Shown piece by piece: positions 1-9,633 of a DNA stretch of 64,000 nucleotides (positions are counted from its first letter, which is position 1; every line of letters starts with the position of its first letter). The notes beneath the pieces were generated by a model. It was not told where the DNA came from. It worked only from the letters and a program-made list of their open reading frames with translations, and did not search any database. This DNA comes from a virus. Lineage: Duplodnaviria > Caudoviricetes. The DNA is taken from IMG/VR virus record IMGVR_UViG_3300003320_000853. One strand, 5' to 3'. Made by a program: the position numbers and the translations under genes.

Positions 1-1
1 G

Positions 2-211
2 ACAGCCTCGGAAGAGCCGAACCTCACCGACTACTGGAACGACGTCGACAAGAGCGGAAAGAGCGCGCCACCGGAACCGAAGATTCTCTCGGCTGGCGAG
101 ATGCTCGACCGAATCTACCGGAGCATCTCTGCGTTCTGGGCGATCGACCCGCCATGGTCGGGGGATAAGTTGGAGCGCTACCAGAGCGTTCTCAACCTGC
201 ACACGACCTAG
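2..211 (+). CDS. Hypothetical protein, 3' part (runs off window start)
   Basis: Open frame from position 2 (TASEEPNLTDYWND...LHTT*) ending TAG 209-211, abutting the convergent gene 208-960. Confidence 0.55.
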   Translation, partial: TASEEPNLTDYWNDVDKSGKSAPPEPKILSAGEMLDRIYRSISAFWAIDPPWSGDKLERYQSVLNLHTT

Positions 212-960
212 AAGGGATCCTCATTGAGGAGACGCTCCCAGGCCGTGGGGTAGAAGATGTGTGCCTTCTTCGGGGGCGGTCCTTGCCCCTGCGCATACTT
301 CGCGAGACCGGCCAGGATCTCACGATTCTCTTGCTCCTGAATCTGCCGCGCTGCTTGAGCTGGAGAAATCCCCAGAGACGGCCGGCGGGTCCGGATGTCA
401 TCCATCCGGACCATGGGGTTCGCCTCCAGGGGGAGTTCGGGGGCGTGCACGTAAGAGGGCTCGAACTGGAGCGCCTGCTCCCCACATGGATTTCGCGGGG
501 GATTGAACCCTTCGATGGAGACCCGATCCATCTCCTGGAAGAGTTGCTCTTCTTGCTGCCGTTGGAATCTGCGGACAGCGTTCTCGTTGAAGTGCCACTG
601 CCCCGGGAGCTCCTGCATCTGCCATCCGTGCCCCTGCACGTTGGGTCCCACCTGTGCCCCCATAGAGGTCTCCGACGGGTACGAGAGGCCAATCCCCATA
701 TAGGTTTGGCGGATCATGTGCTCGGTATCTTCCTGAGCATTGAGGATGCCATCCACAACGGAACGACCGACCGTTCCGGGTCGGAGATCGAGTTCGAGGC
801 CCGCAGCCCTGGCGTGTTGCTGGAGAAGTCGGAGCGTTTCTGCGTTCGGGGAAGGGAGCGGTACGACGTCTCGCCACCAGGGGTGTTCCCTGATGGGTCG
901 ACCGTGGGGGTCGACGAGATGATCGTGGCGCGGGCCGTGAACGGTTCGGACAGGGGGCAT
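208..960 (-). CDS. Hypothetical protein with C-terminal TAW-x-x-LL tag (YPTAWERLLNEDPF*)
   Basis: 250 aa ORF; class B motif GGTGTA 15 nt upstream of ATG; carries the recurrent C-terminal tag. Confidence 0.8.
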   Translation of the reverse strand: MPPVRTVHGPRHDHLVDPHGRPIREHPWWRDVVPLPSPNAETLRLLQQHARAAGLELDLRPGTVGRSVVDGILNAQEDTEHMIRQTYMGIGLSYPSETSMGAQVGPNVQGHGWQMQELPGQWHFNENAVRRFQRQQEEQLFQEMDRVSIEGFNPPRNPCGEQALQFEPSYVHAPELPLEANPMVRMDDIRTRRPSLGISPAQAARQIQEQENREILAGLAKYAQGQGPPPKKAHIFYPTAWERLLNEDPF

Positions 961-1021
961 GGGGGGTTCTACACCATGGGCGGAGAATAGGCTTCCGCAA
1001 CCCTCAAAATTGTCCTCGCCC

Positions 1022-1038
1022 GGTGTAGATGCCGGGCC
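1022..1038 (+). promoter_or_regulatory. Class B promoter-like motif (GGTGTA-N11-ATG)
   Basis: cGGTGTAgatgccgggccATG; same motif recurs about 30 times at near-fixed distance from start codons. Confidence 0.7.
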
Positions 1039-3327
1039 ATGAACCCTTTCACGAATCCTGCGCCTCGCGATGGAGTGGCCATCGAGATGGACCCCGGGAA
1101 GTTCTACGCCCTCGTCGACATGATCGAGAAGGTCAGTACGACAGGGCGCCCCGTGGCTCTCGACGCTTTCGCCTCAAGGCTCGACGCCGCCGCGAAGGAG
1201 ATCGACGACGAGGTCGAATCTCTCGCCAAGGCCAACAGAGCCATGCTCGCGGAGATCCGGCAGACGACTCGTCGCCGCAATCCTCTGCTCCCACCCGACG
1301 AAGGTGACGACCCCTTCGAGGATCTCCGCCATACGTCTGGGGGGCAGAACTTCCTCCGCGTCATCTTCGACGTGATGCGGGGCATCCAGCACGGCTTCCG
1401 CCAGATGAAGCTCCTGACTCGGGAGTGCCGTCCTGGCGCCCTCGTTCTCATCGGCCAGAGGGTCAGGACGATCCGCTCAATGGAAGACCTCCAGGTGCTC
1501 AACACGGAGGTCTCTCTGAACAAGGCGACCGTCACACGCTTCGTGAACGGACTCCTGACGGTCGACCGCGCCCGCGAGGAGGTCGTGATGCTGGGTCGTC
1601 TGCTCGCCGAGCGGCTCGACGACTACTACCAGGTGCTGCTCAACCGGCACAGCGTGCAGGGCATCGAGATCCACAACGATCCCGTCGTGACCGACATCGC
1701 GATGTCGATCTTCGAGAACGTCGACGCTCACGGCGAGGTCGCCGAAGACGGCAAGAATCCGGACGAGCTGAGCGCATACTCGATGCGCAAGGCGAAGATC
1801 ATGGCCGAGGCCGTCCGCCACGGCATGATCGACGATTTCGTGAAGAACCCAGACAAGCTCATCTCGTACCTGACGAGGCACCTCCAGGCGATCTGGGATC
1901 TCACGGAGTTGCTCGACGATATGTACCGCGAGCAGATCAGGGATCTCCGTGCCATCCTCGGCATCACCGACGAGACCCGGGGCCTGTCGATGTCGAAGGC
2001 GTCCTTTTTCGAGGCGATCGAGATGCTTCGTGACCTCGACCCGAGAACGATCGTCTTCAAGGAGAAGACGGGTCTCCTGACGCCGGAAGAGCGCTACGAG
2101 TTGCGCTTCCGGAACGCCACGCTCGCGACCATCGTCTCCATGCTCCGGGGTGAGAACACTTCGGACGAGCTGATCCAGTTCATCCTCGACCGCAAGGCGG
2201 AGTGGCGCCGCTACCTCACCGAGGAGAACTCGTTCTACGTCTGCAAGGTCTCCGCGGGCAACCCCTTCCTCGGCGAGGCGCCGGGCGAGCTGAAGGTCGT
2301 CCCGGGGACGAGGCCCAACGTCCGCCTGGACGAGATCCTCGGTTCCGGGTTCGACCAGGTGCGGGCGCACTTCGCGACCATCGAAGCGTCCGCCACGTTC
2401 CACGATCTCTTCGTGGCGACCTCCCCTTCGAAGTCCGGGGACAAGAACCATGTGCTCCTCGTCGGACCGCAGGGGTGCGGCAAGAGCGAGGTCTTCCGCG
2501 CCGTGGGCGGAGACAAGAAATCGGCCGGCATCTTCGCCGTGGGTTCGGACTTCCTGACGTGCTGGAAGGGGGAAGCCGAGAAGAACCCGAAGAGGCTTTT
2601 CGAGGCTGCCATCAAGATCCAGCGGGAAGGTGGCAAGCACGTCCACATCATGATCGACGAGATCGACACGATCCTGAACAAGGACACGGGTCGGGACTCG
2701 TTCGGCGCGACCAACCTGACGACCGAGTTCCAGAACCTCATGGACGGCGTCGTCCACTACCCGCACATCTCCGTGTGGGGTGCGACCAACCATCCGGACC
2801 GGATGCCGATGCCCTGCATCCGGCGCTTCTCCAAGGTGCTCATCGTCGGCGAGCTGACGCAGGCCGATCGCGTGCTGCTCCTCAAGAACTTCGCCAGCCA
2901 CATGACCATGGATCCCATCGGCGATCATCTGTGGGATGCACTCGCGAAGAAGCTCGTCGGGGCGACGGGCGACGTCATCCGCAAGGTCGTCGACCACGTG
3001 TGGCGCACCAAGATGACCACCTTCACCGAAGTCAAGCCGGCCGAGGCGAAGAAGCTGATCGAGGAGCTCTCCAACGGTACGAAGTTCTCGATCGCCGAGT
3101 TCACGGCCGAGAAGCGCGCCGCCCTCCACGAGAAGCTCCGGGAGCACAAGGAGGCCGTTCTCACGGGTGAGGATCTCGCCCACTCGATCGACGAACACCT
3201 CGACAACGTCGCGATCCACAACGAGATCAAGACCGCCGTCGAGACCTACGACCGGGCTCGGGCCTTCCTCTCCGCGATCCAGGCCAAGCGCCTCCAGAAT
3301 GGGGCCTCGCTCACCGCCGAAGCGTAG
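1039..3327 (+). CDS. AAA+ ATPase with long helical N-terminal region
   Basis: Walker A GPQGCGKS, Walker B IMIDEID, sensor/SRH WGATNHP...CIRRF. Confidence 0.9.
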   Translation: MNPFTNPAPRDGVAIEMDPGKFYALVDMIEKVSTTGRPVALDAFASRLDAAAKEIDDEVESLAKANRAMLAEIRQTTRRRNPLLPPDEGDDPFEDLRHTSGGQNFLRVIFDVMRGIQHGFRQMKLLTRECRPGALVLIGQRVRTIRSMEDLQVLNTEVSLNKATVTRFVNGLLTVDRAREEVVMLGRLLAERLDDYYQVLLNRHSVQGIEIHNDPVVTDIAMSIFENVDAHGEVAEDGKNPDELSAYSMRKAKIMAEAVRHGMIDDFVKNPDKLISYLTRHLQAIWDLTELLDDMYREQIRDLRAILGITDETRGLSMSKASFFEAIEMLRDLDPRTIVFKEKTGLLTPEERYELRFRNATLATIVSMLRGENTSDELIQFILDRKAEWRRYLTEENSFYVCKVSAGNPFLGEAPGELKVVPGTRPNVRLDEILGSGFDQVRAHFATIEASATFHDLFVATSPSKSGDKNHVLLVGPQGCGKSEVFRAVGGDKKSAGIFAVGSDFLTCWKGEAEKNPKRLFEAAIKIQREGGKHVHIMIDEIDTILNKDTGRDSFGATNLTTEFQNLMDGVVHYPHISVWGATNHPDRMPMPCIRRFSKVLIVGELTQADRVLLLKNFASHMTMDPIGDHLWDALAKKLVGATGDVIRKVVDHVWRTKMTTFTEVKPAEAKKLIEELSNGTKFSIAEFTAEKRAALHEKLREHKEAVLTGEDLAHSIDEHLDNVAIHNEIKTAVETYDRARAFLSAIQAKRLQNGASLTAEA

Positions 3328-3350
3328 TCCTCTTGTCCCAAGGCGGGATC

Positions 3351-3668
3351 ATGGAAGAACTCGATCCCGCCATCCTCACCCCCGGCATCCGCAAGACCGT
3401 CCTCTGGCTCCGCGAGCACGGCTTCGACACGACCGACTCCGGTGACGGGGTCACGAATGTCGAGGCGGGCATGGAGGACGCGCTCGACATCCCCCACGTG
3501 CACATGGTGATCTCAACGCGTAGGATGGTGAGCGCAGCCAGGGACCTCTACGACCTCTTGTTGAGCCGCAAGATCGCGGTCGACCATGGAACGATCCAGT
3601 CGACATACGACCCCGTGAGCGGAGTGGCTACCCTCTCGCTCTACGGGGTCGACGATTCGATGCTCTGA
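3351..3668 (+). CDS. Hypothetical protein
   Basis: MEELDPAIL...GFDTTDSGDG; follows the AAA gene, stop abuts the convergent gene. Confidence 0.7.
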   Translation: MEELDPAILTPGIRKTVLWLREHGFDTTDSGDGVTNVEAGMEDALDIPHVHMVISTRRMVSAARDLYDLLLSRKIAVDHGTIQSTYDPVSGVATLSLYGVDDSML

Positions 3669-4898
3669 TCAGCCCTCTTTCGCGCACGCTGCCGCCATGG
3701 CGGTCAGCTCGGCGGAATCGAGCTTGATGCTCTTGGTCTCGCCGTTCTTGGCGCGGATCTCCGAGGAGGAGAGGTCGAGCCGGAAGTCGACGGGGATGAA
3801 AAGGCTCGTCCGGCCGAGCACATCGGCCATGTGGTTGCTCATCACCCGCCCGCAGACCAAGAACTCGGTCCCGACGAGGCGACCGGGCACGAGGAAACGG
3901 GTGCCGATGCTGGCGAACTCGTCGAGCATCGGCCGGATCTCGAAGCCCCACTTCGGGTCGAGCATCCGGTCCATCGCGTCGGCGCCCATCACGAAGTGAG
4001 CGCCGGGGAACTTGCGCGCCTTCTCCAAGAAGCGGGGGTCGCCCTCGGTCACGATGAAGTTGTGGCCCTTCATGAGCTTCGCCCGCTGGAGGCACTCGGC
4101 CGTCGAGAGAGCCGGTTTGTGGGGCGGGTTCACCGTCGTCGAGAAAACCAGCGTCCGGTGCTCCTTCTCGACGGCCAGCGTCTCCAACGAGGCCGCGCCG
4201 CTCTGGAAGTGCCCCTCGTGCGGCGGGTTGTACGCGCCGGGGTAGAAGAGGGTCTTCTTCGGGTCGATGGCCGTGAGCGGGCCGCGGGTGCCGTCCGCCT
4301 TGAAGAACGGATGGGCCATGAGCCGATCGTGCGCGAGGCTGTCGACGCAGCGAAGCTCGACTTTGCATCCCTCGAAGGTGGGAGCTTCGCTCTCGACGCG
4401 GGCGCTGAGGTACCAGGCGATGAGCTCGGACGCGATCTTGTCGGACAGCATGCCGTCGAGCTTGCGCTGGATCTCTCCTTCGCCCTTGGGGATCACAGTG
4501 GAGATCACCCAGCACCCTTCATCGGAGAAGATGGACGCGATCACCCGGTGATCGCCGTGCTTGTGGGCGACCTTGCTCGCGACGGAGCACGTCATCCCGA
4601 AGCCGATGGCCCGGCGGCCAGGCTTCCAGGCGCGCATGTAGGCTGTCATGGCGAGGTCGACCGCCGTGTTGACGCTCACGTACTCCGGCCGCCCGCGGGG
4701 AGAGAGGTCGGGCGTGAAGCCGAGCAGGTTGCTCGTCTCCTCCATCGCGTAGGGCATGGCTGCCCCTACGAAGAAGTTGCTCACGCCGGGGACCTCCCAG
4801 ATGAGCTTCTGGAGGCCGGCGCCGGCCCCTGTGCAGATGGCGAAGAAGAGGGGCGCGGTGTCGCCCTGGTCACGGAGATGCTCGAAAGGGTTGGTCAT
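3669..4898 (-). CDS. CinA/PncC-like domain fused to a nicotinamide/nicotinate-nucleotide adenylyltransferase-like (HxGH) domain
   Basis: N-terminal TGAGAG...VPGVSNFF...PYA...VSVNTAVDLA resembles the CinA C-terminal fold; C-terminal YPGAYNPPHEGH, MGAD and DLSSSEIR are NadD-type motifs. Confidence 0.8.
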   Translation of the reverse strand: MTNPFEHLRDQGDTAPLFFAICTGAGAGLQKLIWEVPGVSNFFVGAAMPYAMEETSNLLGFTPDLSPRGRPEYVSVNTAVDLAMTAYMRAWKPGRRAIGFGMTCSVASKVAHKHGDHRVIASIFSDEGCWVISTVIPKGEGEIQRKLDGMLSDKIASELIAWYLSARVESEAPTFEGCKVELRCVDSLAHDRLMAHPFFKADGTRGPLTAIDPKKTLFYPGAYNPPHEGHFQSGAASLETLAVEKEHRTLVFSTTVNPPHKPALSTAECLQRAKLMKGHNFIVTEGDPRFLEKARKFPGAHFVMGADAMDRMLDPKWGFEIRPMLDEFASIGTRFLVPGRLVGTEFLVCGRVMSNHMADVLGRTSLFIPVDFRLDLSSSEIRAKNGETKSIKLDSAELTAMAAACAKEG

Positions 4899-4901
4899 GT
4901 G

Positions 4902-5189
4902 TCAGTCCTTGAGGTTGATGTCGCGGGTTGTACCGTCGGGCAGCTTGAAGGTGATGACGTCCCCCTCCTGGACGTCGATCTCATCCTTGAACCACTCGAT
5001 CGCGTCCTTCACCGCCTCGTCCAGGGTCGGGTAGGGGTCCGAGTACGGGCAGAGACGGCTGGGGTCGCTGTTGTAGCTATCCGACCAGCCCTCGGGCTCG
5101 TACCGGAACTGCCCCTTCGTGGAGTCGATCTGGTCCCAGTCGTACTGGCCCTCGTCCACGAAGAAACGGATGGGGAGGATGTCGCTCAT
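4902..5189 (-). CDS. Hypothetical acidic protein
   Basis: 95 aa; class A promoter on minus strand with exact 34-nt spacing to ATG. Confidence 0.75.
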   Translation of the reverse strand: MSDILPIRFFVDEGQYDWDQIDSTKGQFRYEPEGWSDSYNSDPSRLCPYSDPYPTLDEAVKDAIEWFKDEIDVQEGDVITFKLPDGTTRDINLKD

Positions 5190-5273
5190 GGCCGGTCTAC
5201 AAGCTCGGCCCGGCCAGGATCAATACACCGACCCCCAGGTTGATCCATGTACGGCCCCCGCTGTAGGAACGGC
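5190..5273. promoter_or_regulatory. Divergent pair of class A promoter-like motifs
   Basis: Minus: TTGATC (5223-5218)-N16-TGTAGA-N6-ATG 5189; plus: TTGATC 5240-N16-TGTAGG-N6-ATG 5274. Confidence 0.8.
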
Positions 5274-5561
5274 ATGCCCTCCAAGTTCCCCTACGGCCAG
5301 CTCGTCATGACCACGAACGCGATGGAAACCTTCTCCGCTGCGGAGAGGCTTGCCTCCCTGAACCGTCACCTGTCAGGAGACTGGGGCGCGGTCGCGACGA
5401 CCCCGGATGGGGCGGCGAACGATCAGGCCCTCAAGACGGGCGATCGGATTTTCAGTGTGTACAAGTTTCCCACCGCGAAGACGAGCGTATCCCGCACCCT
5501 CTGGATCGTCACCGAGGCGGATCGCTCGGTGACGACGCTGCTCTGTCCCGAGGACTACTAG
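5274..5561 (+). CDS. Conserved phage/plasmid small protein (RH-x-x-GDWG...TEADRS-x-TT family)
   Basis: FPYGQLVMT, RHLSGDWG, ANDQAL, LWIVTEADRSVTTLLCPEDY motifs typical of this mobile-element family. Confidence 0.8.
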   Translation: MPSKFPYGQLVMTTNAMETFSAAERLASLNRHLSGDWGAVATTPDGAANDQALKTGDRIFSVYKFPTAKTSVSRTLWIVTEADRSVTTLLCPEDY

Positions 5562-6070
5562 AGCCACCGGAGCGCGGCAGCGTTGCAGACCAAATGGGCG
5601 GTGTTGTCCACGATGATCAAGAGCCACACGGTGAGCCAGAGGTCCCGTCCCTTGAAGTAGCCGGTGCCCGAGCACTCCGACCATGGGTGGTTGTGGATCT
5701 TCTGCGGCGCATGGTAGACCATCACCCCCTTCCCACAGCTCCAACAGAGAACCTCACGCTCCTTGTCTTCGGCCTTGCCACACGCGGAACAGACCCATGC
5801 CTTCGGCACGTCGATCCATCGGGGGGCGAGGAAGTTCTTCGCCCACACGAGGTAGCGAGCGAGCCGGAATCGGTCGATGAGGAAGTGCGTCCCCGCGATG
5901 AAGAGGAGCGCCTTCCAGCTCGTCGTGAGGAACAGGAAGGGGATCGTGTAGGTGAGCGCGTGAGCGAGCGCCGGGACGCTGCTCTTCGTCTTGTTGACGG
6001 CCATGTAGTCCGATTGGATCGCGTAGTCGCCCACGAGGTGACAGAGAAGAATGTCTGCGGTCAGGAACAT
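5558..6070 (-). CDS. DUF3307-like membrane protein with an inserted Zn-ribbon
   Basis: HLVGDYAIQS, HALTY, HFLIDR, DNTAH motifs; CSACG...CWSCG insertion; class B motif 16 nt upstream. Confidence 0.75.
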   Translation of the reverse strand: MFLTADILLCHLVGDYAIQSDYMAVNKTKSSVPALAHALTYTIPFLFLTTSWKALLFIAGTHFLIDRFRLARYLVWAKNFLAPRWIDVPKAWVCSACGKAEDKEREVLCWSCGKGVMVYHAPQKIHNHPWSECSGTGYFKGRDLWLTVWLLIIVDNTAHLVCNAAALRWL

Positions 6071-6288
6071 CCCGGCCCGCTACACCGGCGACCGCTGCAT
6101 GAGTACGCCTTGCAGTAGCAGCGGGGTGGGCAGGGGCAGATGTTCGGGCATTCGTTGGCGTGTTCGCAGAACAAGGGACTGCCGAACATGCCAACTTCGG
6201 GAGGATCCTCGGGAGGTTCTTGCGGGGTCTCCCTTGGAGGGTGAACCAGGTCCCAGAACTCGGTGAGGTCGTCGCCCGGGTCGCTCAT
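6061..6288 (-). CDS. Small Cys-rich hypothetical protein
   Basis: 75 aa, CEHANECPNICPCPPRCYC; class B motif 16 nt upstream. Confidence 0.65.
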   Translation of the reverse strand: MSDPGDDLTEFWDLVHPPRETPQEPPEDPPEVGMFGSPLFCEHANECPNICPCPPRCYCKAYSCSGRRCSGPGCS

Positions 6289-6308
6289 CCCCGCAGTCTA
6301 CACCCGGA

Positions 6309-6680
6309 CTAGGCGGCCGGCTTCACGTCGGACGCGGGCTTGTCGGTAGGCGTCGGAGGAGTGACCGGGGCGGGCGGGGGCGGAGCGGCAGGCGCCGGAG
6401 CCGCAGGCTGAGACGGGAGAACCTGGGAGATCCCGTGGCCGAGAAGACCCGTCGTGGCCAGGCCAGCGACGCCGGCCATGGCCGCATCCGCCCAGCTCTG
6501 CCCCGAGGCCTGAGCTGTGAGCGTTGTCCCAACGAAGGACGTCAGGGCCGCGATGATCTGCGGCCACCGGCCGGGCAGGGACATCCAGAGAGGTGTGATC
6601 GCCGGGGAGAGCACGAGATGCACGCCCACGGAGAGGATGGGGATGAGAGACGTGAGGACGTGGAGGGTGTTCTGTGTCAT
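6309..6680 (-). CDS. Membrane protein with Pro/Ala-rich tail (holin-like topology)
   Basis: Hydrophobic segments followed by PAAPAPAAPPPP; GAAGGG upstream. Confidence 0.6.
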   Translation of the reverse strand: MTQNTLHVLTSLIPILSVGVHLVLSPAITPLWMSLPGRWPQIIAALTSFVGTTLTAQASGQSWADAAMAGVAGLATTGLLGHGISQVLPSQPAAPAPAAPPPPAPVTPPTPTDKPASDVKPAA

Positions 6681-6703
6681 ATCCCTTCACGACCACAAGA
6701 AGA

Positions 6704-7678
6704 TCAGCCCCATCCCTTGGTCGAGGGACCGGGCCGGTAGGCTTCGTGGAAGAGACGCTGGTCGAGTGTGTGGAGGTAGTCTCCACGGTGTACGCCGGCC
6801 CGCCACCGTTCGGGGATGCCCTCCCGGCCGTAGAACGTGCCTGCCAGCGCCCCGGTGATGGCCGCCGTGGTGTCCGCGTCCCCAGCGCCCCGAACGGCCG
6901 CCATCACGGCCTCCTCGAAGCTCTTGGTGAAGAGGAAGCAGGCGAACGCGGCGGGCACCGTCTGGAGGACATGGCCCTTCGTGCCGATGCGCTTGAGGGT
7001 GGCCTGGAGATCGGTCGTGGGAGATTCGAGCAAGCTCTTGAGAAGATCCTTGATCTTGCTCTCCCGGAGATGATCGGCGATGGAGAGCATCATGGCGCTC
7101 GGCAACGCATCGAGGACACAGTCCTTCCCGTACGTCATCCGCATGTAGACCAGGAACGCGCTGGCACCCGCGACCGCTGCCGAGCCCTCTTCGGCTTCGA
7201 GCGAACGGTGCGTGAGAGTCGCCTCCTCCCGAGCGATGTCCATGGCCGCCTCGATGTCGCGCCAGAAGAAGACCCCGATCGGAGCACACCGCATGGCGGC
7301 TCCGTTCCCCTCAGAGCCGAGGATCCCGCAGTTTGCGGCGAGGCTGCCCTCGCCGTAGTTCGCCATCGCCTTCTTGATGGTGCCCCCCACGAGACCCTTC
7401 GGCACCGTCTCGTACCAGTTGAAGTAGTGCCGCATGACGTTGTCGGCGGTGAACGCACGCCTCTCCAGGAGGGCCCTGGAGAGGGCCACGCCCATCCCCG
7501 TGTCGTCCGTCCACTCGCCGGCCTGGAACGCGCCGTAGGCCCCGTGCGTGTCGCGGAATTCGCCCGTCCAGTCGGCAAGTCCCGGCGGGGGCTCCGTCGC
7601 CGAGCTGGGCTGCTCGAAGGGTGCCCCGAGCGCGTCTCCGATCCCCATCCCGAGCATCGTCGCAGGTTCGTAGCTCAT
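6704..7678 (-). CDS. ADP-ribosylglycohydrolase (DraG/ARH family)
   Basis: GDALG, WTDDT, GNGAAMR, THRS, GDADTTAAITGALAG motifs. Confidence 0.93.
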   Translation of the reverse strand: MSYEPATMLGMGIGDALGAPFEQPSSATEPPPGLADWTGEFRDTHGAYGAFQAGEWTDDTGMGVALSRALLERRAFTADNVMRHYFNWYETVPKGLVGGTIKKAMANYGEGSLAANCGILGSEGNGAAMRCAPIGVFFWRDIEAAMDIAREEATLTHRSLEAEEGSAAVAGASAFLVYMRMTYGKDCVLDALPSAMMLSIADHLRESKIKDLLKSLLESPTTDLQATLKRIGTKGHVLQTVPAAFACFLFTKSFEEAVMAAVRGAGDADTTAAITGALAGTFYGREGIPERWRAGVHRGDYLHTLDQRLFHEAYRPGPSTKGWG

Positions 7679-8058
7679 ATCTCATCCTCCCGAAGGATCA
7701 CATCCCATGCCGTTGGCTGGCGAAGCTTCGCGGTCTCCTTTCTCCGCCGAGCCTTCTCGTGCTTGCGGAGGTTGGCCACGCGTTCGTTGTCGAGAGCGAC
7801 CTTGAGGGCCTCCCGCTGAACCTCAAGGTTCGCGACCAGCTCTTCGGGCGCGACCTCTTGGGGATCGACGAAGACCAAGGGGCTCGGCGGCGTCCAGCCG
7901 TGCGGCTTGCGGATCACGCGGGTCAAGACCCGATAGTGCTCGGCGACCTCGATGCTCTTGCGAATCGCGTACGACTCGTGGTGCGAGACGTAGCCTGCAT
8001 GGTCGATCCAACCCCGGCGGCGATCCCAGGATTGTGGACAGTAGTACCTAGCGGCCAC
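7675..8058 (-). CDS. Hypothetical protein with C-terminal tag (QPTAWDVILREDEI*)
   Basis: GTG start 16 nt after class B motif; tag at C-terminus. Confidence 0.75.
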   Translation of the reverse strand: MAARYYCPQSWDRRRGWIDHAGYVSHHESYAIRKSIEVAEHYRVLTRVIRKPHGWTPPSPLVFVDPQEVAPEELVANLEVQREALKVALDNERVANLRKHEKARRRKETAKLRQPTAWDVILREDEI

Positions 8059-8067
8059 GCAGAACCC

Positions 8068-8241
8068 TTACACCGACCGTCGCTTCTTCTTGGGGTTGCC
8101 GGTCATCTTGACCCCCCGAGGGGCGCTGCGGAGCTTGTTGCAGCCCGCGCACAGGGGAACGGTCGTACCGTTGTTGGTGGTGACGGCTGGAGCCTGGTTA
8201 CATGCCAGGCATACTGTTCCTGGAGGGGTCGTCTGGGTCAT
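8068..8241 (-). CDS. Small Zn-finger-like basic protein
   Basis: MTQTTPPGTVCLACNQ...LCAGC...KKKRRSV*; stop lies inside the next class B motif. Confidence 0.55.
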   Translation of the reverse strand: MTQTTPPGTVCLACNQAPAVTTNNGTTVPLCAGCNKLRSAPRGVKMTGNPKKKRRSV

Positions 8242-8458
8242 ACGGCACCCTACCATGGGTCGCCCTCTTCGTGTACATCCCGAGGATGTCGCCGGGACCG
8301 AAAAGAACGAACACCCCGAAAGCAAGATCGAGTGCACCGACGAGCGCGAAGATCACGCGGAAGGCAGGGGACTCGGTCTCCAAGACAACCCAGAAAGCCG
8401 CGAACGAGCAGAGAGACGACACACAGCCGACCAGGCGGATCAGCTTGAGCAGCTTCAT
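8198..8458 (-). CDS. Small 2-TM membrane protein
   Basis: Two hydrophobic stretches; class B motif 16 nt upstream. Confidence 0.65.
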   Translation of the reverse strand: MKLLKLIRLVGCVSSLCSFAAFWVVLETESPAFRVIFALVGALDLAFGVFVLFGPGDILGMYTKRATHGRVPYDPDDPSRNSMPGM

Positions 8459-8467
8459 GAAGGCGCC

Positions 8468-9295
8468 TTACACCGCGTCGAGGTTTACCCCCGCATTGGC
8501 CGCGCACCGCTCGATGATCTCCCGAGCATCTTCAGCGTACCGGGTGTCGAAATCCCCAGCCTTGAAGGAGCGCCAAACAATTTCAATGTGAATGGTCGAG
8601 AGGCCAAGGACGCTATCGGCCCGCCAGTCCTCGACCCCGGCGTTGACGAGCGTGTTGTACTCGGGGCTGATCTCGTAGACGGGCTTGAACTCCGGGTGCG
8701 TGCGCTCGAACTCCTGGAGGCGCTCTTCGATCGTTGGGGCTGGGTCGAGCACAGCGATCTGTCCCGTGGGCGGGAGGACGAGGAGCATCTTCTTCCTCCC
8801 CTCGGGAGGACTCTCGCCCTCCCACGCGTACCAGCCGCGCTTGCCTCCCCAGCGTTTCCAGATCGCCACGGTATCCCACCGGACGAGCCATCCGTAGCGG
8901 CACTGCCGAAGGCCGCCGATGATGCGGTAGGGACCGCCACCCATCAGCTTGAGGTAGCGTTCGGCGAGCGCGTAGGCTGTGCGACCACCGAAGACGTCGA
9001 CTTCGCGCAGACTTTCGAGGTCGTAGGGCTTGCTATTCGACGTCGTCTCGCCGCGGTCTTCCTTGATGACTCGCGCGAGCATGTGCGAGAAGCACAGGGC
9101 GAAATCCTTGGCCGCCTCGAAGGTCGCGAACGGCTTGTGGACGTTCAAATCCATCATGCCGAACCCGACGTCGTAGCCGCCCGGCTCGAAGTCCGGGTGG
9201 CACCTGAAGTCGTTGCCGGAGGCGAGGTTGCCGAGGCAGCGATGGATGTGGATGTGACGGGCGGCGGATGCCTTGGGATCGAGCTGGTCGGTCAT
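8468..9295 (-). CDS. Hypothetical protein
   Basis: 275 aa in a co-oriented run; stop inside class B motif. Confidence 0.7.
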   Translation of the reverse strand: MTDQLDPKASAARHIHIHRCLGNLASGNDFRCHPDFEPGGYDVGFGMMDLNVHKPFATFEAAKDFALCFSHMLARVIKEDRGETTSNSKPYDLESLREVDVFGGRTAYALAERYLKLMGGGPYRIIGGLRQCRYGWLVRWDTVAIWKRWGGKRGWYAWEGESPPEGRKKMLLVLPPTGQIAVLDPAPTIEERLQEFERTHPEFKPVYEISPEYNTLVNAGVEDWRADSVLGLSTIHIEIVWRSFKAGDFDTRYAEDAREIIERCAANAGVNLDAV

Positions 9296-9298
9296 GGC

Positions 9299-9631
9299 TC
9301 AAGCGTACCGGAGGAAGGCCAGAAGGGCATCCGTATGCGTCCGAATCGCAGAAGCTCTTGCCCATGCGTCGGATCCTGGATTCCCGGAGGAGGAAGGGAT
9401 GCGATCCAGCATGACTTCCATGGCTCTCAACCTTTCGGGGTCGTGCTGAATCCGGAAGAGGCCCTGCCGGATTGTTTCCCTGATTCCATCTCCGGCAGGG
9501 CCGTAGACCCTCGCGATCTTGGAGAGCCAAGAGGGCAAGGAAGCCATGCTCGTCCGCTCTGCCTCGATCGTCGAGGCGTCGTAGGAGTAGCCGAGATCCC
9601 TACAGAGGCGCGGGAACGTGGTCGAGGCCAT
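9299..9631 (-). CDS. Hypothetical protein
   Basis: MASTTFPRLCRDLGY...; tightly packed between neighbours. Confidence 0.65.
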   Translation of the reverse strand: MASTTFPRLCRDLGYSYDASTIEAERTSMASLPSWLSKIARVYGPAGDGIRETIRQGLFRIQHDPERLRAMEVMLDRIPSSSGNPGSDAWARASAIRTHTDALLAFLRYA

Positions 9632-9633
9632 GA

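Noticed and set aside
1477-3219. Long antisense or alternate-frame ORFs (1477-3219, 3831-5243, 8090-9661, 9299-11167 in full, 24431-25963, 54861-56603, 58509-60092)
   Set aside because: Shadow frames of real genes in high-GC DNA; low-information translations with no promoter or protein motifs
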